This document shows, one piece after another, positions 42,886-52,547 of a stretch of DNA of 64,000 nt. Origin of the DNA: Desulfobacterales bacterium (GTDB lineage: Bacteria > Desulfobacterota > Desulfobacteria > Desulfobacterales > UBA2174); assembly GCA_963668645.2 (NCBI GenBank), contig CAXXWC010000021.1:800001-864000 (forward strand), in the 5' to 3' direction. The notes under the pieces were generated by a model. The model made no database searches. It was not told the DNA's origin and worked only from the letters and a program-made list of their open reading frames with translations. A program made the position numbers and the translations under genes. Position 1 is the first letter of the stretch. The number at the start of each line of letters is the position of its first letter.

Positions 42886-43881
42886 ATGATTACACGCAAT
42901 CTTGGGAAATCAGAAATATCCGTATCTGCCATTGGACTTGGTTGCATGGGCCTTTCAGAATTTTACGGCCCTCCCGCGCAAGAGTCGCAGGCCATTAATT
43001 TACTCCACCGAGCGGTAGATTTGGGCGTTACACATTTTGATACCGCTGAAATCTACGGCCAGGGGCACAATGAACAATTACTGGGCAAGGCTTTTGCCAA
43101 GCGCTGGGACCAGATTGTACTTGCCACAAAATTCGGTCCACAGCGCGATCCGGCCACGGGCGCCTTTGTGGGGGTGGACGGATCGCCAGCCAATGTCCGC
43201 AGCTCCTGCGAAAAGAGCCTTCAGCGTCTGGGGGCCGAAAGGATTGACCTGTATTATCTCCACCGTGTGGATCCAGCCACGCCGATCGAGGAGACGGTGG
43301 GCGAGATGGCCAAGTTGGTACAAGAAGGCAAAATCAGGGCTGTCGGATTATCGGAGGCTTCGGCTGTGACGCTCAAACGGGCAAACGCCGTTTATCCCAT
43401 ATCCGCCCTTCAAACCGAGTATTCGATTTTTAGTCGTGATATCGAACGGGATATTCTCCCCACCTGTGTGGCGCTTGGCATATCCCTTGTCGCTTACTCC
43501 CCTTTAGGCAGGGGAATGCTGGCCGGGCGCTACACCCCAACCAGCGATGAGCCAACCAGCGATGCTGATTACCGTGCCCGGATGCAGCCCCGGTTTCAGC
43601 CGGGCAATATCGCGGCCAACCTCAAACTGGTAGAGGCGATCAGGGAAATTGCTGCCCGAAGAGGATGTATGACAGCACAGGTTGCTTTGTCCTGGGTTTT
43701 GGGCCAGGGGGATCATATTGTCGCCATTCCCGGCACGACCAAACTGGCCAACCTGGAGACCAACCTGGGTGCGCTGGACTGCCGGCTTACAGACAAAGAC
43801 CGAACTGTGCTCAATAATCTGGCCGGCAAGGTTCTCGGAGACCGGTATTTGCCTGAAGAGATGGCGGCGGTCAACCGATAA
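42886..43881 (+). CDS. Aldo/keto reductase
   Basis: IGLGCMG, DTAEIYG, LATKFG, DLYYLHR, AYSPLGRG, IPGT; GAGGAGG RBS. Confidence 0.93.
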   Translation: MITRNLGKSEISVSAIGLGCMGLSEFYGPPAQESQAINLLHRAVDLGVTHFDTAEIYGQGHNEQLLGKAFAKRWDQIVLATKFGPQRDPATGAFVGVDGSPANVRSSCEKSLQRLGAERIDLYYLHRVDPATPIEETVGEMAKLVQEGKIRAVGLSEASAVTLKRANAVYPISALQTEYSIFSRDIERDILPTCVALGISLVAYSPLGRGMLAGRYTPTSDEPTSDADYRARMQPRFQPGNIAANLKLVEAIREIAARRGCMTAQVALSWVLGQGDHIVAIPGTTKLANLETNLGALDCRLTDKDRTVLNNLAGKVLGDRYLPEEMAAVNR

Positions 43882-43893
43882 AGGATAGGTGGT

Positions 43894-44841
43894 CCTTGCC
43901 ATCCAGCCGATTTTGTAGCATCGTCTGCCGCTGTCGGCACAGCAAAGGACCCGCGCGCGGCCTCACGGCGCAAAAACGTCGCAGGGTGGCCAATGCCGAT
44001 TTCCTTTCCGCTCGTATAATCACCTTGGTGTGACTTTGCCTATGGGTATCTTCACATCTTTTCGAGCGGATGCATAACGGCTTTCTCATCGCGTTCTGCC
44101 GGGTTGCCGAAGGTACGGGCCACCAAATCGGCAGCAAGGCACCAGAGCAAGGGAGAAAAAGAAATGGAACTCAAAGACGCAATTCGAACCCGCAAGAGCA
44201 TCCGGCGCTTTACCGCACGACCCGTCGATAGAGAGACCCTGCGCGAAATCCTCCAGCTGGCCTGCCGGGCCCCTTCCGCGGAGAACACCCAGCCGTGGGA
44301 GTTCTTCGTGCTGGGCGGTGAGACCCTCGACAAAATCCGCACCGCCAACGTGGCAAAGATTCGCACCTTTCAGATGCCGCCCGAGGAAATGGCCCACATC
44401 CACGTCGAACGGCCCAAAGGCAGCATCTATCGCCAGCGACAGGTGGAGATTGCCAAGCAGCTCTTCGGCCTGATGGGCATCGCGCGCGAAGACAAGGAAA
44501 AACGCGCCGCTTGGATGGAGCGGGGATTTCGCTACTTTGATGCGCCCGCGGCGATCATCGTCGCAGCCGACAAGTCGCTGCCGATTCAAGGCACCTACCT
44601 CGACGCAGGGGCCGTCACCCAGACGATCTGCCTGGCGGCTCTCGACTATGGGCTGCACACCTGCATCGAGAACCAGGGCATCACCTACTCCGACGTGCTG
44701 CGGCAGTACACGCCGATCCCGGACACCAAGCGTCTGATGTCCGCCATCGCCATCGGGTATCCTGACTGGGACTTTCCGGCCAACCGGGTCGAAAGCCCGC
44801 GCGAGCCCATCGACCGGGTAGTCACCTGGTGCGGGCTGTGA
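43894..44841 (+). repeat. Diverged direct repeat, copy 1 (esterase 3' tail, intergenic region, nitroreductase)
   Basis: Aligns with 52523-53446. Confidence 0.88.
44164..44841 (+). CDS. Nitroreductase family protein, copy 1
   Basis: RKSIRRF, RAPSAENTQPW, AIGYPD. Confidence 0.92.
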   Translation: MELKDAIRTRKSIRRFTARPVDRETLREILQLACRAPSAENTQPWEFFVLGGETLDKIRTANVAKIRTFQMPPEEMAHIHVERPKGSIYRQRQVEIAKQLFGLMGIAREDKEKRAAWMERGFRYFDAPAAIIVAADKSLPIQGTYLDAGAVTQTICLAALDYGLHTCIENQGITYSDVLRQYTPIPDTKRLMSAIAIGYPDWDFPANRVESPREPIDRVVTWCGL

Positions 44842-44934
44842 TCGGCAGCAGACAATCTGTGGCGACCATGATGGCAATGGGGCAATCATGTTGCTCAACG
44901 TTTTATGGCAAGGTTATGTAGGAAATTTCAAAAA

Positions 44935-45795
44935 ATGGACCCATCTCTGTTTGACATATTGAAAAACATAAACTCACGCCCAGCACCTTTCCAGTTTTAC
45001 ACAGCAGATGCACTGTGGACCGATGAACACACATCAAAAAAGATGCTTGAATATCATTTGAACGAATCTGTTGACCTTTCTTCCCGGAACAAAGATTTTA
45101 TTGATCGGTCCGTAAAATGGATAGTGTCTCATTTTGGAATAGACGCGAATACAAGTATTGCAGACTTTGGTTGCGGCCCGGGCCTATATACAACACGATT
45201 TGCAGAGAATAACGCTGATGTTACTGGAATTGATTTTTCAATAAGATCAATCCAGTACGCGAGAAATATCGCCGATCAAAAAGGACTGGAAATTGACTAT
45301 TATCATCAAAACTACCTGGAGTTTGAAACAGAAAAACGGTTCGATCTCATCACAATGATCTTTTGCGATTTTTGCGCACTAAGCCGTAGTCAAAGAAAAG
45401 CGGTGCTTTCCAAGTTCTACAAATTTTTGAAGCCCGGCGGATCGGTCCTTTTGGATGTCCATTCTTTGAATACCTTCAATAGCAGAGACGAGCTTGCAAT
45501 ATACGAACACAATCATCTCGATAATTTCTGGTCTCCTGAAAATTATTATGGATTTCTGAACATATTCAAATATGATAAAGAAAAAATAACCCTCGATAAA
45601 TACACAATAATTGAAAAGGCAAGAACCCGTGTTATATATAACTGGCTGCAATATTTCAACCAGGACTCGCTTAGAAGGGAGTTCGAAGAGAACGGATTTG
45701 AGGCTAAAGAGTTCTACGCCGATGTGGCCGGTGCGACTTTCTTTCCTGAATCGTCCGACATTGCAATTGTTGCCGGAAAAGTTGTCGCAGGATAG
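44935..45795 (+). CDS. Class I SAM-dependent methyltransferase
   Basis: DFGCGPGLY, GIDFS, FDLITMIFCDF, LKPGG. Confidence 0.9.
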   Translation: MDPSLFDILKNINSRPAPFQFYTADALWTDEHTSKKMLEYHLNESVDLSSRNKDFIDRSVKWIVSHFGIDANTSIADFGCGPGLYTTRFAENNADVTGIDFSIRSIQYARNIADQKGLEIDYYHQNYLEFETEKRFDLITMIFCDFCALSRSQRKAVLSKFYKFLKPGGSVLLDVHSLNTFNSRDELAIYEHNHLDNFWSPENYYGFLNIFKYDKEKITLDKYTIIEKARTRVIYNWLQYFNQDSLRREFEENGFEAKEFYADVAGATFFPESSDIAIVAGKVVAG

Positions 45796-45968
45796 TGGAT
45801 TTTCACCCTTGGCGCTTTGGCAGATGCCGGCCCATTACTCTCGCCCTGAAGCCAGTGGTTGATCACATCGTCAATCGGCACACTGCGGTCCTAAGCGTCG
45901 GTCGAGGCCGGAAGCGATCGATCCGGCAAGAGGAAGGATCGACCGCTTCATGTCGTTAAAAAAAGCAA

Positions 45969-46826
45969 CTAATTTCCCAACGCAATCATTTCTTTGAGAT
46001 CTTCCAGGGCCTCGGCCGGCATCTTGAAAGAGTGTTCGGGGCCGGGAAATGCGCCGTTGCGAACCTCTTCCTTATACTGTCCGAGGGTGTCCAGAATCAC
46101 TTTCCCGATCTGGGTATACTGTTTGACGAATTTGGGAATGAACTTGTCGAACAATCCAATCATGTCATGGGTGACCAATACTTGCCCATCCACATCGGGG
46201 CCGGCCCCGATACCGATAACCGGGATACTGACGGACTCGGCGATCAGTTTTCCCAGAGGGGCGGGCACCGCTTCAAGCACAATCGAAAAAGCACCGGCCT
46301 TTTCGATCGAAACGGCGTCATCCAAGATCTGCTTGGCCGCGTTGGCATTTTTGCCCTGCATTTTAAAACCGCCCAAGGCCGTTGCGGTTTGCGGTGTCAG
46401 TCCGATATGGCCCTGTACCGGGATCCCTGCCTTGACTATGGCTTCCACCACCGGCGCGAAATTTACGCCCCCCTCCAGCTTGACCACATCGCAGCCGCCC
46501 TCTTTCATCAGGCGCCCGGCGTTGATCACCGCATCCCGGGCACCGGTGTTGTAGCTCATAAAGGGCATGTCTCCCACGACAAGGGACTTTTTGCAGCCCC
46601 GCATCACGGCCTTTATGTGGTGGAGCATATCTTCCATGGTCACTTCCACGGTCCCATCCAGGCCCATGACCACCATGCCCAGACTGTCCCCCACCAACAC
46701 CATGTCCATCCCCGCCTGGTCGGCCAGCAGCCCCATCGGATAATCATATGCAGTGCACATCGCCAATTTGCGGTTCTCTTTTTTGGCCTGGATCAAATCC
46801 GACACGGTAACTTTTTTATCGTTCAT
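45969..46826 (-). CDS. panB: 3-methyl-2-oxobutanoate hydroxymethyltransferase
   Basis: TAYDY, LVGDSLGM, GDMPFMSY, VKLEGG, GHIGLTPQ, IGIGAG, DGQVLV. Confidence 0.96.
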   Translation of the reverse strand: MNDKKVTVSDLIQAKKENRKLAMCTAYDYPMGLLADQAGMDMVLVGDSLGMVVMGLDGTVEVTMEDMLHHIKAVMRGCKKSLVVGDMPFMSYNTGARDAVINAGRLMKEGGCDVVKLEGGVNFAPVVEAIVKAGIPVQGHIGLTPQTATALGGFKMQGKNANAAKQILDDAVSIEKAGAFSIVLEAVPAPLGKLIAESVSIPVIGIGAGPDVDGQVLVTHDMIGLFDKFIPKFVKQYTQIGKVILDTLGQYKEEVRNGAFPGPEHSFKMPAEALEDLKEMIALGN

Positions 46827-46914
46827 CGCGACTCCTTACTTTTTACGAACGAATCAGTCTTAGATTGTGCAACTATCATCCAATCCCAAGAGGCTTTGTA
46901 CGGGATTGATTCGG

Positions 46915-48240
46915 TCATTTGAAAATAAGCCCCGGCAACCAGGTCACCAGGGACGGAAAGATGATGACCACGATCAAACCGATGATCTGAATTGCGACAA
47001 ATGGAATGATTCCCTTGTATATCTCACCCGTCGTGACTTCTTCCGGGCATACGCCCTTGAGGTAAAAAAGAGCGAATCCGAAAGGGGGCGTTAAAAACGA
47101 CGTCTGGAAATTCAGACAAACGAGCACGCAAAACCATACCGGATCAATCCCCAGGTGTTGGACAATGGGTGCAAGAATCGGGATAATGATGAAGGTGATT
47201 TCGATAAAATCGAGAAAACAGCCCAGGGCGAATAAAATTGCCATCACCAGGGCGAGCACCCCCCAGGTCCCCCCGCCGATGTGGGTCAACAGCGCCTTTA
47301 GGGCCGCGTCTCCACCGAGTCCCCGGAATACAAGGCCGAATGCGGTGGCCCCCAGAAGAATCATAAAGGCCATCGAGGTAAATCCGGTGGTCGTGCGCAT
47401 CACGTCCAAAAGTACCGCCCGGGTCATCCGCTTGCGCAGGATGGTAAGCACCATGGCACCCAACGCACCGACCGCCGCGGCTTCAGTTGGCGATGCAATC
47501 CCGAAAAAGATGGAACCCAGAACCGTAAGAATCAACCCAGCGGGCGGCAGCAGGGATTTGAGCACCTTTTCGGCAAGCTGCTTGCCTGACGTGGGGTGCA
47601 GATCCATATCCGCGTTGCTCAAGCCCGGAGCGACCTTTGGATTGAAATAGGCGTATATAAGAATGAAAACAATATAGAGCCCAACCAGGATCAGGCCAGG
47701 AATCAAGGCCCCCATGAAAAGCACGCCCACCGACACCCCCATGATGTCCCCGAGAATAACCAGGGCGATGCTCGGCGGGATGATCTGGCCAAGCGTGCTG
47801 GCCGCGCATATGGTGCCGGTGGCCAGGCCATGGGAATACTTTTTTTTCAGCATCAGCGGCAGTGAGATCACGCCCATGGTGACCACGGTGGCCCCCATGA
47901 TTCCGGTGGAAGCGGCAAGCAATGCCCCCACCACCACCACGGATACAGCCACCCCGCCGCGAATTTTGCCGAACAGCAGGGCCATGGTCTCGAGCAGGTC
48001 TTCGGCCAGGCCCGATCTGTCAAGAAATACCCCCATGAAGATAAAAAGAGGAACGGCCACCAATGTAAAACCGCTCATTCTGCCCCAAATCCGCATAGGG
48101 AGCAGCGTGAAAAAATCCAGTCCGAATCCGAAAATTCCGAAAAACAGGGCAACCCCCCCCAGTGTGAACGCCACCGGGTACCCGATCATGATCAATACAG
48201 CCAGCGATAAAAACATCAACAGTGGTATAAGGTCGGCCAT
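46915..48240 (-). CDS. dctM: TRAP transporter large permease
   Basis: AVPLFIFMG, LGQIIPPSI, PTEAAAVG, QTSFLTPPFG. Confidence 0.93.
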   Translation of the reverse strand: MADLIPLLMFLSLAVLIMIGYPVAFTLGGVALFFGIFGFGLDFFTLLPMRIWGRMSGFTLVAVPLFIFMGVFLDRSGLAEDLLETMALLFGKIRGGVAVSVVVVGALLAASTGIMGATVVTMGVISLPLMLKKKYSHGLATGTICAASTLGQIIPPSIALVILGDIMGVSVGVLFMGALIPGLILVGLYIVFILIYAYFNPKVAPGLSNADMDLHPTSGKQLAEKVLKSLLPPAGLILTVLGSIFFGIASPTEAAAVGALGAMVLTILRKRMTRAVLLDVMRTTTGFTSMAFMILLGATAFGLVFRGLGGDAALKALLTHIGGGTWGVLALVMAILFALGCFLDFIEITFIIIPILAPIVQHLGIDPVWFCVLVCLNFQTSFLTPPFGFALFYLKGVCPEEVTTGEIYKGIIPFVAIQIIGLIVVIIFPSLVTWLPGLIFK

Positions 48241-48243
48241 CTG

Positions 48244-48747
48244 CTACTCCCCGCGCTTCGTAATCGCTGCGACATTTTTGACAATTTCCGAAATTCCCTG
48301 CAACGCAAGCAGCATGAACGTAAGGGGAATGACCGATTTAAGGATATACCGTGCGGGGAGTCCCCCCGGATCCGAGGAGCCTTCCCAGATCGCCCATGAA
48401 TCCGATACAAAAGGGATGGATGAATAAACGATCAGTGCACAGAACGGCAAAAGGAAGAAAATCGAACCGATCAGATCGACCCAGGCTTTGGTTTTAGCGC
48501 TGAACTTCACATAAAACAGGTCAACACGTACATGCCCGTTTCGCAAAAGCGTCCACGAGGCGGCAAGCATGAAATTGGCCGCGAAAAGGTGCCACTCGGC
48601 TTCCTGGATCCAGATGGAACCGGCTTTGAATATGTACCGCATGATCACATCGTACATGGTAATCAACACCATCAAGAGTGTCATCCAGGACACCACATGC
48701 CCGATACGGGTACTGACTTGATCAACAAAGCGAGCTAAGCTGTTCAT
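48244..48747 (-). CDS. dctQ: TRAP transporter small permease
   Basis: Four TM helices, QEAEWHLF, HVRVD, EGSSDPGGL. Confidence 0.92.
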   Translation of the reverse strand: MNSLARFVDQVSTRIGHVVSWMTLLMVLITMYDVIMRYIFKAGSIWIQEAEWHLFAANFMLAASWTLLRNGHVRVDLFYVKFSAKTKAWVDLIGSIFFLLPFCALIVYSSIPFVSDSWAIWEGSSDPGGLPARYILKSVIPLTFMLLALQGISEIVKNVAAITKRGE

Positions 48748-48801
48748 GTTCGATTCTCTTCCTGATTTGCCGTATTCATTGAAAATTAAGGCTGGGTTGC
48801 A

Positions 48802-49896
48802 TCAGGACTTCAGCCGGATCGCATCGATGTAGGCCCATTCCGATGCTTCCATCCAGTAGTTGAAATTGTCCATGAATGCGAGCGCAGACTCATAAACAGT
48901 TTTGAATTTTTCGGATTTCCGGCTCTCTTCCTCCATCACCTTTTTGGTGATCTTACGGAGTTGGATCAGAACGTCCTCGGGAAACTTCCGCAGCTGCACA
49001 TTGTGCTTGTTCACCATCTCCTTCAATACCCTGCCATTTTCGGCATCGGCCTCGGCCAGCGACCAGGAAACGCTTTCTGCGCAGGCCATGTTGACGATCA
49101 TCTTCAGGTCCTCGGGAAGCGTTTCCCAGGCCGCCGTATTAACGACAAACGGGACGGTGGTCGCGGGTTCGTGCCAAGCCGGATAATAGTAATACTTGGC
49201 TGCCTGATAGAGCCCCAACCGATCATCATACAATGGCGTGACCCATTCGGTGGCGTCGATGACTCCACGCTCCAGTGCACTGTAGACCTCGGATCCCGGC
49301 AGGTTCACCACGTTTACCCCGCACTCGGCCATGACCTTTCCGGCCAATCCGGGAATTCGCATTTTCAGTCCCTTCAGATCTGAAAGGCTGTTGATCTCTT
49401 TGCGGAACCACCCCCCCATTTGGGTGCCGGTGGAAAGCATGATGATCGGATACAGATTGAATTGCTTGTAATACTCGCGAAAGAGGTCCATTCCGCCACC
49501 GGCATAAAGCCAGGCGAGTTTTCCACGATGCGGCATTCCGAACGGATAATCTGAATAAAACTGGGTTTCCGGAGATTTTCCCGCATAGTAATAGGGGGCG
49601 GTGGAACCGCATTGAATTGCCCGCCCCTGGCTGACGGCATCGAAAACCTCAAGCGGGCCGACCAGTTCGCCGCCGGCGTACACGTCGATTCTCAGCCGGC
49701 CATCGGACATGATTTCAATATTTTTTGCCAGCCGGTCACAGCTATCCTGGAGAATGGGAAACTTTGGCGGCCAACTGGTGGCCATTTTCCACTTGAAGGT
49801 TTTTCCCGCGATCGCCTTTGCCGGCCGTACCAAGCCAGCAGCCCCGGCGGTGGCCACACCCGCAACGGCTGTACGAATAAAATCCCTGCGCTTCAT
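48802..49896 (-). CDS. dctP: TRAP substrate-binding protein, TakP-like, with Tat signal
   Basis: MKRRDF, WKMATSWP, TGTQMGGWFRKEI, KMRIPG, DATEWV, PAWHEP. Confidence 0.92.
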   Translation of the reverse strand: MKRRDFIRTAVAGVATAGAAGLVRPAKAIAGKTFKWKMATSWPPKFPILQDSCDRLAKNIEIMSDGRLRIDVYAGGELVGPLEVFDAVSQGRAIQCGSTAPYYYAGKSPETQFYSDYPFGMPHRGKLAWLYAGGGMDLFREYYKQFNLYPIIMLSTGTQMGGWFRKEINSLSDLKGLKMRIPGLAGKVMAECGVNVVNLPGSEVYSALERGVIDATEWVTPLYDDRLGLYQAAKYYYYPAWHEPATTVPFVVNTAAWETLPEDLKMIVNMACAESVSWSLAEADAENGRVLKEMVNKHNVQLRKFPEDVLIQLRKITKKVMEEESRKSEKFKTVYESALAFMDNFNYWMEASEWAYIDAIRLKS

Positions 49897-50028
49897 GTTC
49901 TCTCTCCTCTCTGCTCTGTTTTCATGGTGTTGGGAGTAAAGTGGGTCCCTATCTGTTTTCTGATTTCCACTACCGTAAAGGGGGTCTTCAAGGGAGGGCT
50001 CTTCGAAAAGACATCATGCACCCTGATT

Positions 50029-50832
50029 TCACTTTGCCGAATCCAGGTGGCGACTTCCACCCAACTGGGCTGACAACCGGGCACAGACGTTTACAAGATC
50101 CTGGCCGATCTGGGTGACCCTTTCGCAGGGCATCCGGGAGACAGGTCCCGCCAGACTGATGGCGTGCATGGGATAGTTGCCGAAGGTGAAGACCGGTGCC
50201 CCAATGCAGACAATGTGCGGATCGAATTCCTGTTGATCGATCGAATACCCTCTTGCCTTGATTTCTTTCAGCTGTGAAAGCAGCTTATTCTTGTCTGTGA
50301 TGGTGTTCGGACAGAGTGGATTGAGTCCCATTCTGTCCATCAGTTGGGCCTGCATGTCAGTCGGCAAGTACGCCAATATAGCCTTTCCCTGTGCCGTGCA
50401 GTAGAGCGCGAACCGGAATCCGACGACCAAATCCGTTCGCAGCCTGGAGATCGGCTCGATCTTCTCGATGAAAATCACATGGTCATCCACCAACATTCCA
50501 AGGTTGACCGTCTCATTGTGCCTTTTGGAAAGATCGTACATGAAAGGAAGGGCGACCTTCTTGATCTCGATGGCGTTGGCCCAGCGCATTCCCAGCTCGA
50601 AGATCCTGTAGCTGACGCGGTAGTTCGAATTTTCTTCGTTGACGTATCCAAGATCCTTCAGCGTGGCCAGGAATCGGTAAACCGCACTGCGGTCCATTCC
50701 CACCCGGGCAGCCAGTTCACTGACCCCGACGCCCTGGTATTCTGACAAGGCCTCAATGATACGAAAGCACTTTTGGACCGAAGTAACCCAGTAATAAGGC
50801 TTTTGAACCACTGACAGCTCCCATCTGTTCAT
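50029..50832 (-). CDS. IclR-family transcriptional regulator
   Basis: HTH SAVYRFLATL, ETVNLG, CTAQGKAIL, GYSIDQQE. Confidence 0.92.
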   Translation of the reverse strand: MNRWELSVVQKPYYWVTSVQKCFRIIEALSEYQGVGVSELAARVGMDRSAVYRFLATLKDLGYVNEENSNYRVSYRIFELGMRWANAIEIKKVALPFMYDLSKRHNETVNLGMLVDDHVIFIEKIEPISRLRTDLVVGFRFALYCTAQGKAILAYLPTDMQAQLMDRMGLNPLCPNTITDKNKLLSQLKEIKARGYSIDQQEFDPHIVCIGAPVFTFGNYPMHAISLAGPVSRMPCERVTQIGQDLVNVCARLSAQLGGSRHLDSAK

Positions 50833-50834
50833 TA

Positions 50835-50881
50835 TTTACAACAGCGTTGCAAAATTATCATACCCCCCATTATCCTGTCAA
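50835..50881 (-). promoter_or_regulatory. Putative promoter and palindromic operator for the IclR-TRAP-panB operon
   Basis: TTGACA-N16-GATAAT on the minus strand, followed by TTTGCAACGCTGTTGTAAA (50853-50835) just before the ATG. Confidence 0.55.
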
Positions 50882-51297
50882 TCGATATTGGCTCATGGCC
50901 AGTGTACCGAATGCCGGGGCACTAAAAAATTCCCCTATCAAAACGGCCGGGAATCCGTGGCCTCCCTCTACCAGAATGTCGGCGAACGGTTTCTGCAGAA
51001 GGATCGGAACAGAAAAGACGGACCGTGCTGCTTAAGCGATTTTCAATATATTGCCTTTAAAGGTCATCATCGGCCCCGCGACGTTCATCTTTGCCGCGGA
51101 CGTAGTGGATTTTGACCATACGCCGTTTGGCCACTGTCCGATGATCGTGGTATCCAAATCGGCCCAGGCTAAGATCCTGGATCCAGAAGCCCCGGGAGGT
51201 TTGACAATCATGCGCTCCGGGTCCATCTTACCGGCCGGCTACGAACATGAAAATGCACGAAAGGCATCGACTTCAACCACCAAGGAAATCGCCGGCC

Positions 51298-51927
51298 ATG
51301 GAAAATTTATTGAGGATGGAAATCTTTTCCGACTACGTCTGACCGTGGTGCTACTTCGTTACCGGGCGTATCGAAAAGCTGATCACCGAGTTGAACATCA
51401 TCGTGCATTGGACTGCATTTCCGCTGCACCCGGACACGCCGCTGCAGGGCATGAGCCTCGAAGATCTCTTCTCCGGACGCGACATGGACATGGCGGCGGC
51501 GCTGGCCCGGCTTCGTCAGGTGGCCGCTGCCGAGGGGCTTCCCTTCGGCGACCGGCGTTATACCTACAACAGCCGCCTGGCCCAGGAACTGGGCAAATGG
51601 GCCGAGGAAAAGGGTCGTGGCCACGTGTTCCACGACCTCGCTTTTAGGGCTTATTTCGCTGACGGTCGCAACATCGCCCAGAGATCGGTGCTCATCGACC
51701 TGGCCGCCGCCGCAGGCCTTCCGCCGGCCGAAGCCGAAGCCGTGTTCGCCGCACGCCGGTATGCTGCGGCGGTAGACGCCGACTGGAAACGCTCGCGGGA
51801 GATGAACATCAGCGCGGTGCCGACCTTCTGCGTCGGCAACCGGCGCTTGGTAGGGGCACAGTCTTTCGAAAAGCTCCGTGATCTGACGCTTGGCCAGATC
51901 ACAGCCCCCGGAGAGTTAATTACATGA
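51298..51927 (+). CDS. DsbA/FrnE-like thiol oxidoreductase, predicted selenoprotein (UxxC)
   Basis: MENLLRMEIFSDYV-TGA(51340)-PWCYF is in frame with ORF 51391..51927 (FPLHPDTP, YNSRLAQE, AVPTF, VGAQ). Confidence 0.88.
51355..51375 (+). promoter_or_regulatory. Putative bacterial SECIS hairpin
   Basis: TTCGTTAC-CGGGC-GTATCGAA; the G-containing loop starts 20 nt after the UGA. Confidence 0.6.
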
Positions 51928-52547
51928 AGTTTCATCGCTACGACACCGCCCGCGGCTGGATCCTGGTCTGTGCCTTACTGGCGGCCTTGTTGGCGACGGC
52001 TTGCGGCAAAGATCCGGCCCGCCGGCCAACCGCCGGCACCAACATCATCTGCTTCGGCGACAGCCTGACAGCAGGCACCGGCGCCACCGAGGGGATGGAC
52101 TATCCGTCGCAGCTTTCCCGGCGCATCGGCCGGCCGGTGATCAATGCCGGGGTGCCCGGTGACACCACCGTCGACGGCCTGGCGCGCCTGGAAGACGAAG
52201 TGCTGAGCCGATCGCCGCGTCTGGTCCTGATCACCCTGGGCGGCAACGACCTGAAAAATCGCATGAGCCGGGAAGCGGCCTTCGAGAACCTCGCCGAAAT
52301 CGTGCAGCGCATCCACGAGACCGGGGCCGTGGCGATTATCGGCGGGCTGGACATCCCGCTGTATGGCCGCGACTTCGGAGCAGGCTACCGGAAGCTGGCC
52401 AAAGAGACCGGGGCCGTTCTCATCGAGGACATCTTCGATGGAATAATGGGCCACCACAGTCTGATGAGCGACCCGATCCACCCCAACGACGCCGGCTACG
52501 CCATCATGGCCGAACACTTTCACCTTGCCATTGAGCCGTTTTTGTAG
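51924..52547 (+). CDS. GDSL/SGNH arylesterase lipoprotein (TesA-like)
   Basis: Lipobox ATAC, FGDSLT, NAGVPGDTT, LGGND, DPIHPN. Confidence 0.92.
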   Translation: MKFHRYDTARGWILVCALLAALLATACGKDPARRPTAGTNIICFGDSLTAGTGATEGMDYPSQLSRRIGRPVINAGVPGDTTVDGLARLEDEVLSRSPRLVLITLGGNDLKNRMSREAAFENLAEIVQRIHETGAVAIIGGLDIPLYGRDFGAGYRKLAKETGAVLIEDIFDGIMGHHSLMSDPIHPNDAGYAIMAEHFHLAIEPFL

